Shown: positions 39,476-50,298, numbered from the stretch's first letter. The stretch: DNA of 64,000 nucleotides from an uncultured Arcobacteraceae bacterium (GCA_964022095.1 CAXHZO010000002.1:64001-128000), one strand, 5' to 3'. Notes: a model not told the origin generated them from the letters alone. Translations and numbers: made by a program.

Positions 39476-40231
39476 CTATTTTATATCTATTAAAAGTTTA
39501 GAGTACATACCTGGATAGATTGTGCTATCACCTTTTTCAAAATCAATTTTTAGTGTAAAAGAGTGAGTTGTTGTATTTACATTTGGAATTATTGATTGAA
39601 TTTTTCCAATTGTTTCAAAGTTAATTGATGGAATTGAAACTTTTACTTCATCTCCTATTTTCACACTATTTAGATTTGACTCACTAATATTTGTTTTAAT
39701 TTTTAAACTACTTAAATCTGAAAGGATTATTGCAGGAACACTTGGCATTGCCATTTCACCTGCTTTTATTGATTTTTTTATCACTAAACCATCATTAGGT
39801 GCTTTGATTTTTAAATAATCATACTGAGTGTTTATCTCTTTTAGTTTTGCTTTAGTTATTGAGATCATATTTTTTGTATTCATTAGATTTAATTCAAGTT
39901 GTTCTACATCATATTTTGGAACTAAATCTTGTTTATATAATCTTTTGTATCTATTATAGTTTGTTTGAATGTTGTTTAATTGGTTTTGTTGGATTTGTAA
40001 GTTCAGTAAAATCTCTTTTTTATTAGAGTCCATATTTGATGAATCAATAGTATAAAGAAGTTGACCTTTCTTTACAAAAGAGCCTTCTGATACATATACA
40101 TTCTCAACATAACCCATATTTCTAGAACTTATAACTTTTTCATTATCTGAAATTACAGTTCCAGATAATTCTATTTCTTGAGAAAATAAGCTAAGTGCAA
40201 TAGAAGATATTATTAATAGTTTTTTTATCAT
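39476..40231 (-). CDS. RND periplasmic adaptor (membrane fusion protein)
   Basis: GYVENVYVSEGSFVKKGQLL, IKAPNDG, YPGMY. Confidence 0.93.
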   Translation of the reverse strand: MIKKLLIISSIALSLFSQEIELSGTVISDNEKVISSRNMGYVENVYVSEGSFVKKGQLLYTIDSSNMDSNKKEILLNLQIQQNQLNNIQTNYNRYKRLYKQDLVPKYDVEQLELNLMNTKNMISITKAKLKEINTQYDYLKIKAPNDGLVIKKSIKAGEMAMPSVPAIILSDLSSLKIKTNISESNLNSVKIGDEVKVSIPSINFETIGKIQSIIPNVNTTTHSFTLKIDFEKGDSTIYPGMYSKLLIDIK

Positions 40232-41568
40232 AGTTTGTTTCCTAATACTAAATTTAATTTTGCAAGAGCAAGTGATTTTTCATATTTTGCTACTATTAAT
40301 TGAGCTTGAGTATTTCGTAAATTTGATTCTTGCTCTAGTAGACTTGTCATTGGGATTAGATGGTTTTTATACATTAGCTTTGATTGTTCAAAAACTTCAC
40401 TTGCTAAATTTTTAGCTTCAATTTTTTCTTTTAATATTTTTCTTTTTGCTTTTAAAGTAAGTAGTGCATTATTAAGCTCTAGTTTTATTGCATCTTTTAA
40501 TTTTTCATCATTTAAAGTTGCTTTTTGAAACTGAATTTTAGATTTTTGTTTTTGTATACTTCTATTTGAATCAAATAGCGTAAAATTAATTCCAAGCATT
40601 GCCATGTAATAGTCTTTATCATCATCGAGTGTAAATTTGTCATCATTAAAACCATACTCTAAGTGAGAGTAAATATTAGGATAATATTCAGCATTTGCTA
40701 CATCAATATTTTTTTTCATAGCATTTATTTGAATATTTTGCATTTTTACTTCATCTCTATTTTGAAGAGCTGTTTTGTAAAGTTTTTCTAACTCTTCTTT
40801 ACCATTTGAAATGTTTTCTAAACTCTTTACATCTTTTATTTTATCATTTGAAGTTAAAAACCTAAGATAAGATAGCGCTAATTCAAATTTATTTTGAGAT
40901 TGTATTAAATGCGAGTTGACATTTAGTTCATGTACCTTTGCTTGCTTAACATCTATCTTTGTTACAAGTCCTTCATTATGAAATGCAGTTGCGCTTTTTA
41001 CAACTAGCTCAATTGCTTCTTTTGCTTTTTGTGTTGCACTTATAAATTCTTTTGCTACAACTGCACCATTATATGCTTTTAAAACTTCGTAAGATAGTTC
41101 TTTTTCATTTAGGTTGTATTTTAGCTCTTGAGCTTTTTGTTGAAGTTTTAAAATATCTTTTTGATTTGATAGTTTAAATCCAGTGAAAAGTGGAATATCA
41201 TATGTAACTTTTGTTGTGAAGTTGTTTCTTGGATCTGGATTGTTTAAATTATCTGGAATTACATTTATATCAGCAGGTGTTTGAAATTGTAATGCACCAA
41301 AATCATCAAAACTAGCTTCTCTAGAAGATAGTTTTGAATTAAATACATATCCTGGATGATTTGTTCTTGATATCTCTTCACTAAGTGTTAATTTTCCATA
41401 AGAAAAAGAGTCAACACTTTTTATATCAAGTTTTGAATTTTCTATTTGAAGTTTTTGGTTTTTTAAATCTTTATTATTTTTTAAGGTCATATTTAAAGCT
41501 TCATCAAAACTTATAGTTTGTGCATAAGTTAGTGTTGCTAATAATAATGATAAATAAATCTTATACAT
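40228..41568 (-). CDS. TolC family outer membrane efflux protein
   Basis: Signal peptide, IPLFTGF, two OEP-like repeats; first gene of the RND operon. Confidence 0.92.
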   Translation of the reverse strand: MYKIYLSLLLATLTYAQTISFDEALNMTLKNNKDLKNQKLQIENSKLDIKSVDSFSYGKLTLSEEISRTNHPGYVFNSKLSSREASFDDFGALQFQTPADINVIPDNLNNPDPRNNFTTKVTYDIPLFTGFKLSNQKDILKLQQKAQELKYNLNEKELSYEVLKAYNGAVVAKEFISATQKAKEAIELVVKSATAFHNEGLVTKIDVKQAKVHELNVNSHLIQSQNKFELALSYLRFLTSNDKIKDVKSLENISNGKEELEKLYKTALQNRDEVKMQNIQINAMKKNIDVANAEYYPNIYSHLEYGFNDDKFTLDDDKDYYMAMLGINFTLFDSNRSIQKQKSKIQFQKATLNDEKLKDAIKLELNNALLTLKAKRKILKEKIEAKNLASEVFEQSKLMYKNHLIPMTSLLEQESNLRNTQAQLIVAKYEKSLALAKLNLVLGNKL

Positions 41569-41651
41569 AGCCCGTCCTATAGTAGTTATATGATTATATT
41601 ATACTATAAGGTATCCAAAACCTTTATAAGAATTTATTATAATTTAAAAAT

Positions 41652-42380
41652 TTAATATCCATTGCTTTCTAAGATTTTTGAATTTCTACAAGCTCTATCG
41701 TAATTTAGATTACAAGCTTTTTCAAAAAAAAGTTTAGCTTTATGGTAGTCTTGCTTTATTCCTTCTGCATTTACATAAGCTATTCCAATATTATAACAAG
41801 CATGATAATTACCTTTTTGACAGGCCTTATTATAGTAGTAAAGAGCTTTTTTATAGTCTTTTTCAACTCCTTTACCATTGCTATACTTTACTCCTAAATT
41901 ATAACAACCAACACTTATATTTTCTTCACAAGTTTTTTTATAAAGGGCAGCTGCTTTTTCTTGGTCTTGTTTTACTCCATCACCTTTATCATACATTGCT
42001 CCTAAATTGTAACAACCATTTATATTTCCATTTTCACAAGCTTTACCATAATAATATGCTGCATTATTATAACTTTGTTCAATATCTTTTCCCTTGTCAT
42101 ACATTACTCCAAGATTGTAACAACCATTTCCAATACCATTTTCACAAGACATTTTGTATAATTTGGCTGCTTTTTTTGAGTCTTTTTTTATTCCCTCTTT
42201 TAAATCGTACATTACAGCAAGATTGTAACATCCGTTTGGATTTTTTAGTTTGCAAGATTTGCTAAAGATTTCAAATGCTTTACTATAATTTTTTTGATTT
42301 AATGCATTTAATCCATCTTTTACACTTATTGCAAAAGAAAAATTAAAACAAATCATAATTATAATTATATTTTTAATCAT
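41652..42380 (-). CDS. Secreted Sel1-like repeat protein with Cys pairs (Hcp-like)
   Basis: Six 36-aa repeats with C-X7-C pairs and CYNLG; signal peptide. Confidence 0.92.
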   Translation of the reverse strand: MIKNIIIIMICFNFSFAISVKDGLNALNQKNYSKAFEIFSKSCKLKNPNGCYNLAVMYDLKEGIKKDSKKAAKLYKMSCENGIGNGCYNLGVMYDKGKDIEQSYNNAAYYYGKACENGNINGCYNLGAMYDKGDGVKQDQEKAAALYKKTCEENISVGCYNLGVKYSNGKGVEKDYKKALYYYNKACQKGNYHACYNIGIAYVNAEGIKQDYHKAKLFFEKACNLNYDRACRNSKILESNGY

Positions 42381-42527
42381 TTTTTTGCTCCTTTATTTAT
42401 TATTTTAAGTAGTTTTTTCATCAATTATGTATTTTAACATATTTAAAAGTAATCTATAATATTATAAATAAACTTAAATTTACTTATTTATTATTAATAA
42501 TTTTATAATATAATATAAAACTTTTTA

Positions 42528-42555
42528 TTAATTACTTTTTTATAAAAGTAATTAA
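42528..42555. repeat. Perfect 12-bp inverted repeat in a divergent intergenic region
   Basis: TTAATTACTTTT-TTAT-AAAAGTAATTAA. Confidence 0.6.
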
Positions 42556-42655
42556 AAAGTGTATATTTGAACTCAGTAATATTATTTGTGTTAAAATTAT
42601 TACAACTTAATCATTCTAATAAATTATTAGGTAATCTATTTGATAGGGATAGGTC

Positions 42656-43504
42656 TTGAAAGTTATTATTTACTTACTTTTAATTATAAATACTTTAATA
42701 GCAACTCAAAAAGAGACTATTACTTGGCTTGTAAATGATGCACCACCTTTTTATATTTTAAATGGAAGTTTAAAAGATGGTGGGATAGGTGATATGACGC
42801 AAAAACTCATAATAAATGATTTAAAACAATATAATCATGAAATAAAAAAGACAACTTTAAAAAGAGCAATGAAAGATTTTAAATATAATAAAAAAGTCTG
42901 TTTTTCCACATGGATATATAATTCAACTCCAGATTTAGTAATCACTTCAAATCCAAATATTTATTATCCTCCTTTAGGTATTATTACAACTTCTAAAAAT
43001 AAAAAGTTATTAAAAGAAAAAGTTCTCTCATTAGATAAGCTATTACAAAACAAAAAATTTGTTTTTGGAAAAGCAAAAGGAAGAGGATATGGTGAACCTT
43101 TAGACAGTATTGTAAATAAATATAAAAATCAAAAAAATTTTAAAATAAGAAACTCTTCAACTCATTCAACAAAAGGAATTTTTGAGATGATAAAAAGAGA
43201 AAGAATTGATTATACAATTGATTATTACAGTTCTTTAGTATATTCTCAATTAGGAAAAATCAATAGGGGAGATAAACTAGTATTTATCCCTATTTTAGAA
43301 ACAAAGAATGAAGGAGTTTTAGGATCAATTGCATGTTCCAAAACACCATGGGGTGAAAAGGTTATTAGTGATATTAATATTAGTATTGATAAAATTAAAT
43401 ATAAAAATCAATATATGCAAATTTTAAATGAATGGCTAGTTCCTATTGACGATAAAGGTGCTTATTGGGAAAAATATGAAAGAAAAATTAAGAACTTCAA
43501 ATGA
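42656..43504 (+). CDS. Periplasmic binding protein-like, TIGR02285 family
   Basis: ITWLVNDAPPFYI..G...GIGD, GRGYGEPLD, IACSKTPWG; TTG start. Confidence 0.8.
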   Translation: MKVIIYLLLIINTLIATQKETITWLVNDAPPFYILNGSLKDGGIGDMTQKLIINDLKQYNHEIKKTTLKRAMKDFKYNKKVCFSTWIYNSTPDLVITSNPNIYYPPLGIITTSKNKKLLKEKVLSLDKLLQNKKFVFGKAKGRGYGEPLDSIVNKYKNQKNFKIRNSSTHSTKGIFEMIKRERIDYTIDYYSSLVYSQLGKINRGDKLVFIPILETKNEGVLGSIACSKTPWGEKVISDINISIDKIKYKNQYMQILNEWLVPIDDKGAYWEKYERKIKNFK

Positions 43505-46500
43505 TTAAAATACTATTTTTATGTATCTCTTTATTGTCTTTTTCTTTTGCTTCTTCTAGTAGTAATACAGATATTGCAAATATAAGCGCAAAGCCTCTTT
43601 TTGAATTAGATAAAGATGGTCTTGATAAAGTTTTAATCCCTTATATTAAGAATTCAAAAGCAATCTCTTCTGTAAATATAACTGATTTATCTTACGATGA
43701 AATATACTGGTCATACCCATTGGGAAAGCCAGGTTTAAATTGTAATAGTGATGAATTAAAGCAAAGTACTTTTATATTTTTTGAAAATGAAAAAATTGGT
43801 AAAGTTGATGTATGTTATAAAAAAGAGTTATTCAAAGCTACAAAAGACTTAGTCTTTACACAAGAAGAAAAACAGTGGTTAAATAATAACCCTGTAATCA
43901 AAGTAGCATATATGTCTCATTTTACAAAAGATATTTATGACAAAAATATACATATTGACTATGCAAACTTACTAAGCAGATTTGGTGAAGTGAATTTATC
44001 ATTAGTAAATTATGATAATTGGAATAAAGCATTAGAAGATGTTACTTTAGGAGAAGAAGTTCAAGGGGTTCTTGATTTAAGTTGGAGCAAAAAAAGAGAA
44101 GATAACAACTTTGATTATATTGAGCCATATTTTTATACACCTCTTTATATATTAGTTAAAAATAGTGATAATAAAATTAATAATATCGAAGACTTAAAAG
44201 ATAAATCCGTATATTTAGAAAAAGGTTCAATTTCAAATGAAATAATTAATCAATTAAATTTAAATATTACTCCAATAGTTTTGAAAAACAATCAAGAGAT
44301 GATAGAAAACTTATCAGAACCTAATTCTAGTGGTGATGCAGTTTTAACATATCTTCTAGATGAAAATTTATTAGAAAAATATGATTTAAAAGTTGCCAAT
44401 AAGTTTTATAACAAATATGGTCAGGTCTATTTAGGTGTGACGAAAAAGTATTCATTACTAAAATCAATTTTGACAAAAGCACATAATAAAATTCCAAAAA
44501 GTGAATTAGAGTTTATTCAAAATAAAGTATACAAATTTGAAAAAGATAGTAGTTTAAAATTAAGCTCAAAAGAGAAAAAATGGATTGAGAACAATAAGAC
44601 TGTTACCTTTGTTGGACATCCCTTAAGAATGCCTTTTGAAGGTTTTGATGAAAAGAACAATTACATTGGTTTTGTATCTGAATACTTAAAAATATTTGAA
44701 GAGAAAACAGGTATAAACATAGATATTATTCAAACTAATAATTGGGATGAATCTTTAAGTCTTGTTCAAGAAGGAAATATTGATCTTTTTTCAGATGATA
44801 TATTTGAAAATGATACTAGAGTAAATGAACAATATAAAGCTGTAAAATCATATTTATCAAATGATATTGTAATTGTTATGGGTGAAGATGCCTCATATAT
44901 TGATGATTTAAATTTACTAAAAGATAAAAAAATAGCAGTAATAAAAAAATATGCTTATGTTAATGAGTTATATAAAAAATATCCTGCTTTAAATTTTACT
45001 GAAGTTCATAATGTACAAGAAGCTTTGAGTGGCCTATCTTCTCAAAAGTTTGATGCTATCTTAGGTAGTGTTGGATTGATGAGTTATTCAATAAAAAACC
45101 TTGGATATTACAATCTTAGAATAGTTGGATCAACAAATTTAAAAATGAAATTAACATTCTTTATCAAAAAAGATAAAGAGCACTTATTCAATATTTTTAC
45201 AAGATTTAGTGATTCTTTAAGCCCTTTAGATCACTTAGAAATAAAAAATAAATATACACAAGTCGAATTTGAAACAGTCGTTGATTATACAATTATTTGG
45301 TACATAATTTTTATTGGTTTAGCTCTTTTAACAATAGTGGGCTTAATAAATAGAAGATTACAATTTTTAGTTGAAGAAAAAACTTTAGAATTAAAAGAGC
45401 TGAATAAAAGTCTTGAACAAAAAGTAAAAAATAGAACAAAAGAACTCACTGAAGAGAAAAATCATGTAGAAAATTTAAATGATGAATTAAAAGAAGAAAA
45501 AAACAATATTGATAAATTAAACAAAGAGCTAAATATCGCAAAAGAAAAAGCTGAAAATGTATCTAAACAAAAAAGCGAATTTTTAGCAAATATGAGTCAT
45601 GAAATTAGAACACCTATGAACTCAGTAATTGGCTTTACAGAAATACTTGAAAAAGAGCTAAGTGATCCTGTCCATAGAGACTACTTAAGTAGTATTAAAA
45701 AAGGTGGTATTTCTCTTTTAAGAATTATTAATGATATATTAGATTTATCTAAAATAGAAGCAGGAAAATTAGAAATTAAAAATGAGTCTATTAATCCAAA
45801 ATCACTATTTTTAGAAATAGAGTCTATTTTTCATTCAAAAATTATTGCAAAAAATATTAGTTTTAAATTAGATATTGATAAAACTTTACCTCAGTATATA
45901 ATACTTGATGGAGTAAGATTAAGACAGATATTATTTAATCTTATTGGAAATGCAATAAAATTTACAGAGCAAGGCTTTATAAAAGTAAAAGTAGAAAATA
46001 TTTATAAAGATAACATTAAAAGTAAAGTTGATTTGATATTTAGTGTTGAAGATACTGGTCTTGGAATTGAAGAAAAAAGTTTGAAAAATATTTTTAAAGC
46101 CTTTGAACAACAAGATAACCAAGATGTCTCAAAATATGGTGGTACAGGTTTAGGTTTAGCTATTTGTACTAAACTTGTGAAAATGATGAATGGAAAAATT
46201 GCAGTTGAAAGTGAAAAAAATAAAGGAAGTAAATTTACAGTTGAACTTCATGATATTGCTGTTGGGGCATTAGCTCAAGAAGAATCTACAAGTAAAGTTA
46301 GTTTATCATCAGTAGAGTTTGAAAATGCTTCTATATTGGTTGTTGATGATATTGAAGAGAATAGAAAACTTGTAAAAGCTGCATTAAAAGATTTTAATTT
46401 TAATTTAATAATGGCAGAAAATGGACAAGAAGCAATCGATAGATTGAAAAATATTAATGTTGATTTAATTTTTATGGATTTAAGAATGCCTGTAATGGAT

Positions 46501-46998
46501 GGATATGAAGCTGTAAGTATAATCAAAGAAGATAATAAGTTATCAAAAATTCCAGTTATTGCTTTAACTGCTTCAGTTATGGGAAAAGATTTAGAAAAAG
46601 TTTCTCAATATGGTTTTGATGGATACTTAAGAAAGCCAGTAATTTTTGAAGATCTCCTAGAAGAAATGTGCAAATATTTAGATTATAATATTAAAACAAG
46701 TGAACCTTTACAGATAAAAGATGATAATATTAACATAAATGATTTATCAGAAGTTATAACTATTCTTGAGTCACAAATGAAAGAAGAATGGAAAACGTTA
46801 AAAGACTCAGGTGATTTCACTTTAATTGAAGAGTTTAGTATTAAACTTAAAGACTTGGCACTTGATAAAAAAGTTAAATTATTAGAAAACTACGCTGATG
46901 AATTAATGAAAAATATAAACTCTTTTGATATTGAAAAGATTGATTTTCTATTAAATTCATATTTAGAATTAATTGACGATCTAAGAAAAAAAGTTTAG
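43501..46998 (+). CDS. Hybrid sensor histidine kinase with two PBPb domains and a receiver domain
   Basis: FLANMSHEIRTP, NLIGNAIKFT, DTGLGI, GGTGLGL, LVVDD..MDLRMP..RKP. Confidence 0.95.
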   Translation: MIKILFLCISLLSFSFASSSSNTDIANISAKPLFELDKDGLDKVLIPYIKNSKAISSVNITDLSYDEIYWSYPLGKPGLNCNSDELKQSTFIFFENEKIGKVDVCYKKELFKATKDLVFTQEEKQWLNNNPVIKVAYMSHFTKDIYDKNIHIDYANLLSRFGEVNLSLVNYDNWNKALEDVTLGEEVQGVLDLSWSKKREDNNFDYIEPYFYTPLYILVKNSDNKINNIEDLKDKSVYLEKGSISNEIINQLNLNITPIVLKNNQEMIENLSEPNSSGDAVLTYLLDENLLEKYDLKVANKFYNKYGQVYLGVTKKYSLLKSILTKAHNKIPKSELEFIQNKVYKFEKDSSLKLSSKEKKWIENNKTVTFVGHPLRMPFEGFDEKNNYIGFVSEYLKIFEEKTGINIDIIQTNNWDESLSLVQEGNIDLFSDDIFENDTRVNEQYKAVKSYLSNDIVIVMGEDASYIDDLNLLKDKKIAVIKKYAYVNELYKKYPALNFTEVHNVQEALSGLSSQKFDAILGSVGLMSYSIKNLGYYNLRIVGSTNLKMKLTFFIKKDKEHLFNIFTRFSDSLSPLDHLEIKNKYTQVEFETVVDYTIIWYIIFIGLALLTIVGLINRRLQFLVEEKTLELKELNKSLEQKVKNRTKELTEEKNHVENLNDELKEEKNNIDKLNKELNIAKEKAENVSKQKSEFLANMSHEIRTPMNSVIGFTEILEKELSDPVHRDYLSSIKKGGISLLRIINDILDLSKIEAGKLEIKNESINPKSLFLEIESIFHSKIIAKNISFKLDIDKTLPQYIILDGVRLRQILFNLIGNAIKFTEQGFIKVKVENIYKDNIKSKVDLIFSVEDTGLGIEEKSLKNIFKAFEQQDNQDVSKYGGTGLGLAICTKLVKMMNGKIAVESEKNKGSKFTVELHDIAVGALAQEESTSKVSLSSVEFENASILVVDDIEENRKLVKAALKDFNFNLIMAENGQEAIDRLKNINVDLIFMDLRMPVMDGYEAVSIIKEDNKLSKIPVIALTASVMGKDLEKVSQYGFDGYLRKPVIFEDLLEEMCKYLDYNIKTSEPLQIKDDNININDLSEVITILESQMKEEWKTLKDSGDFTLIEEFSIKLKDLALDKKVKLLENYADELMKNINSFDIEKIDFLLNSYLELIDDLRKKV

Positions 46999-47019
46999 AA
47001 GATTATAAAAAGGTTAAAA

Positions 47020-47199
47020 ATGCTTAAGTTTGTTATTCCAGTGATTATTGCTTTTATGTTTACTGGTTGTATTGTTGGGGATGTTGTTGCTCTTCCATTT
47101 AGAGTTACAGGGGCTGTTGTGAATGTTGTTGCTCCAGATGTAGTAGGAGATTCTATTTCAGGTACAGGGGATGTATTAGATACAGCAATACCTTTTTAG
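47020..47199 (+). CDS. Small lipoprotein, 59 aa (DUF6726-like)
   Basis: Not in ORF track. MLKFVIPVIIAFMFTGCIVGDVVALPFRVTGAVVNVVAPDVVGDSISGTGDVLDTAIPF; SD AAGG, lipobox FTGC. Confidence 0.85.
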   Translation: MLKFVIPVIIAFMFTGCIVGDVVALPFRVTGAVVNVVAPDVVGDSISGTGDVLDTAIPF

Positions 47200-47219
47200 T
47201 AATAAGATTATAAGCCCAG

Positions 47220-47951
47220 CTATTTAAAGGACTGGGCAAGGTTTCCAATAATTAGTTGCCAACCATCAATTACAATAAAAAAGATGATTTTTATAGGCAG
47301 TGATATCATTACTGGTGGTAACATCATCATACCTAGAGACATTAAAATTGATGCTACAATAATATCAATTACTAAGAATGGTAAGAATATTAAGAATCCA
47401 ATTTCAAAAGCAGTTCTAAGTTCACTTACTATAAATGCTGGCATTAAAATCGTCATAGAAACATCATCTATATTTTTTGGATTTTCTTCTTTTTTTATTC
47501 TGTAAAATAGTGCTAAATCATCTTCTCTAGTATTTTTTATCATAAACTCTTTGAATGGTTTTATCCCTTCTTCAAATGCTACTTCATATCCAATTTGTTC
47601 ATCCATATAAGGTTTTACACCATTTTCCCATGATTTTTTTGCATATGGCTCCATAATAAAAATTGTCATGATAAGTGCTAGTGATATAACTATTTGAGTT
47701 GGAGGGGTTTGTTGTAATCCCATAGCTTGTCTAAGAAGTGAAAATACGATTACTATTCTTGTGAACGAAGTAACCATCAAAATTAAACTTGGAGCTAAAA
47801 CAAGTAGGGCAAGAATTATCGCTATATTAATTGTTTTTACAAACTGTGCAGGGTCATCTAATGCTGCAACAGATAGGTTTACTATAGGAGGTGCAGTCTC
47901 TTCTGCAAATAAAGATATTGAAAATATTAAAAGTGTTAGAAGTAACTTCAA
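47220..47951 (-). CDS. fliP: Flagellar export gate protein FliP
   Basis: TSFTRI, LRQAMG.QQTPP, PAFIVSEL, MGMMMLPP-like motif, DGW. TTG at 47951 after SD AGGA preferred over ORF-track 47990. Confidence 0.96.
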   Translation of the reverse strand: MKLLLTLLIFSISLFAEETAPPIVNLSVAALDDPAQFVKTINIAIILALLVLAPSLILMVTSFTRIVIVFSLLRQAMGLQQTPPTQIVISLALIMTIFIMEPYAKKSWENGVKPYMDEQIGYEVAFEEGIKPFKEFMIKNTREDDLALFYRIKKEENPKNIDDVSMTILMPAFIVSELRTAFEIGFLIFLPFLVIDIIVASILMSLGMMMLPPVMISLPIKIIFFIVIDGWQLIIGNLAQSFK

Positions 47952-48016
47952 AAAAAATCCTATAAAAAATTTAAAAAATATGATATCCAAAAAATATTTA
48001 AAGTGGTATTATCACT

Positions 48017-49795
48017 TTATTTAAGGGATTTAATATAACCTAACTCATAAAGTTTATCATATATTTTACTTGTGATTCCACCAGCTGCTTCTCCACCATG
48101 CCCACCATGTTCAACTAAAACTGTTACAACATATTTTGGGTTTTTATATGGTCCATAAGTTGTAAGCCATGCATGGGATCTTTGAAAGTATTTTAATTCA
48201 CTTTCTTTCATTCTTACTTTTTCAGATTGTGGTATTGTAACAACTTGTGCAGTACCTGTTTTTGCTGCAATTGCAACTTTTGTCTTAATATATTTTTTAG
48301 CAGTTCCTTTTATGTGATGAGCCACATCATACATACCTCTTCTCATCATATCTAGATGCTTTTCTGGAATATCCAACTTTTTTGGTTCTTCATAGTTTGC
48401 TTTATAAAAATGAGGCTTTGGTAGCTTACTAGTTGCTAAATATGCAGTATATCTAGCCATTTGCATTGGTGTTACTAACATATTTCCTTGCCCAATTGAT
48501 GTAATTACTGTTTCACCTACATACCATGGTTGTTTGTATTTCTTTTGTTTCCAATCTTTATTTGGATTAATTCCAAAAAATTCATTAACTTGATCAACTC
48601 CAGATTGTTGACCAAATCCAAATTTATCTAAAGTTGCAGAAATTTTGTTGATACCAACTCTTAAACTACCTTTATAAAAAAAGTCATCACAACTCTCTCT
48701 TATAGCTTTTCTAAAATCGACTTTTCCATGTCCCCATGTTTTCCAACATCTAAAATTTCTATTTCCAATTCTAATTGAACCTGAACAGTTAACTGTATAA
48801 TCTTCTTCAATCCCATTTTCTAAAAAAGATAATCCAACTCCCATTTTTATAACTGAACCTGGAGGATAAAGTCCATTAATAAGTTTGTTTGTAAAAGGAT
48901 GATTTAAATCATTTCTCATTTTATTCCACTCTTTTACAGAAATACCTCTTGCAAATATATTGTTATCAAACTCTGGGAAAGAAGCACTAGCTAGAAGCTC
49001 TCCATTATTTGCATCCATTACAATAATTGCACCACTTTTTTTAGTAAATATTTTTTGAATATACTCTTGTAATTCAATATCTAAAGAGATTTTTATACTA
49101 TTATCTATTGTTGGTTCTTTCTCTTCTAAAATCTCTATTTCTTGGTTTAGAGCATTTACTTTTACATCTTTGTATCCCATGTTTCCTTGTAGCTTGTCAT
49201 TGTAAAATTTTTCTAATCCATTTTTACCAATAATTCCATTATGAGATGAAATTTCATTATTTACAATATCAATTCTAGATGCTTTCCCCACATACCCGAT
49301 AACATGCGAAGCTGTTTCTCTATATGGATAGAACCTTTTTGTAGATGATTCAACTTTTATCTCTTCTTTTGATGCAAATATTGTATATTTTGTAAAGAAC
49401 TCTTTGTATGGAATATATTCAATAACTTCAACAAAATCGTGATTATATGGCGAGTCATTTCGTTTATATTTTTTAAGTAATTTTTCTTTTGTATAATCGG
49501 GAAAATGTTTTACTATTAAATCAATGGCTTCATTTAGTTTTGCTCTATTTTTATGTGTATTTAAATGAGGTTTTATAAGTACAGAAAACCCCATTTCATT
49601 AATTGCAAGTTTTTTGCCATTTCTATCTTCAATAACACCTCTTACAGGTACTTTATAAACTCTATTGATGTAGTTGTTTTTAGATAATTCTTCATAATAA
49701 GTATTTGATTTAATACTTAAAAAATAAACCCTAGAAAGTAGGGTAACCATGATAACTAAAATCACTAAAAATATAATATTTAATCTATTATTCAT
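48017..49795 (-). CDS. mrdA: Penicillin-binding protein 2
   Basis: RGVIEDRNG, YPPGSVIK (SxxK), SCD, KTGTAQ, VEHGGHG. Confidence 0.96.
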   Translation of the reverse strand: MNNRLNIIFLVILVIMVTLLSRVYFLSIKSNTYYEELSKNNYINRVYKVPVRGVIEDRNGKKLAINEMGFSVLIKPHLNTHKNRAKLNEAIDLIVKHFPDYTKEKLLKKYKRNDSPYNHDFVEVIEYIPYKEFFTKYTIFASKEEIKVESSTKRFYPYRETASHVIGYVGKASRIDIVNNEISSHNGIIGKNGLEKFYNDKLQGNMGYKDVKVNALNQEIEILEEKEPTIDNSIKISLDIELQEYIQKIFTKKSGAIIVMDANNGELLASASFPEFDNNIFARGISVKEWNKMRNDLNHPFTNKLINGLYPPGSVIKMGVGLSFLENGIEEDYTVNCSGSIRIGNRNFRCWKTWGHGKVDFRKAIRESCDDFFYKGSLRVGINKISATLDKFGFGQQSGVDQVNEFFGINPNKDWKQKKYKQPWYVGETVITSIGQGNMLVTPMQMARYTAYLATSKLPKPHFYKANYEEPKKLDIPEKHLDMMRRGMYDVAHHIKGTAKKYIKTKVAIAAKTGTAQVVTIPQSEKVRMKESELKYFQRSHAWLTTYGPYKNPKYVVTVLVEHGGHGGEAAGGITSKIYDKLYELGYIKSLK

Positions 49796-50232
49796 ATAAA
49801 AAGTCCAAAGAATATTAAGTCAATAAGCATATTAAATAAAAGCACACTAGTAATATTATTATCTGTAGTAAAATTAAATTGCCAAATAACCATTACTCCA
49901 ATATAAAATAAAAGTATAAATAAATAGTTATTTATTTTAGAAAAAGATACAAATTTCTCTAGTCTAGGGATTATAAATACATAAAGAAAAAATGATAATA
50001 ATACTAATGAAAATGGTTTAAGGCCAGAGTTTATTTCTACAAATAAAAATGTAACTATTACTGCAAAAAGTGAATAAAGATATCTTTTTTTTAGACAAAT
50101 ATAAAATGCATTAAATAAAACACCAGCAAGCATAATCAATAAAAAATGAATAGATGATATTGTATTAATTGTAACAATTAAAATTAATAATATATATAGG
50201 AAAATAGGGTTTTCTAAGTTGTTTCGTATCAT
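49792..50232 (-). CDS. Integral membrane protein, MreD-like
   Basis: About 5 TM helices; overlaps the mrdA start, as in other Campylobacterota. Confidence 0.6.
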   Translation of the reverse strand: MIRNNLENPIFLYILLILIVTINTISSIHFLLIMLAGVLFNAFYICLKKRYLYSLFAVIVTFLFVEINSGLKPFSLVLLSFFLYVFIIPRLEKFVSFSKINNYLFILLFYIGVMVIWQFNFTTDNNITSVLLFNMLIDLIFFGLFI

Positions 50233-50298
50233 TATACTTTAGTACTTTGCTTTGCTTATTTTGATTTGGATTATATTATAAACTATCTTATAGCAATA

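Noticed and set aside
41652-42380. 108-bp periodic DNA repeats as a CRISPR-like array
   Set aside because: Fully explained by the 36-aa Sel1-like protein repeats.
47950-47957. A8/T8 tract at the fliP start as a phase-variation site, by analogy to H. pylori fliP
   Set aside because: A/T runs of 8 are common throughout this window, and I saw no long poly-G/C contingency tracts.
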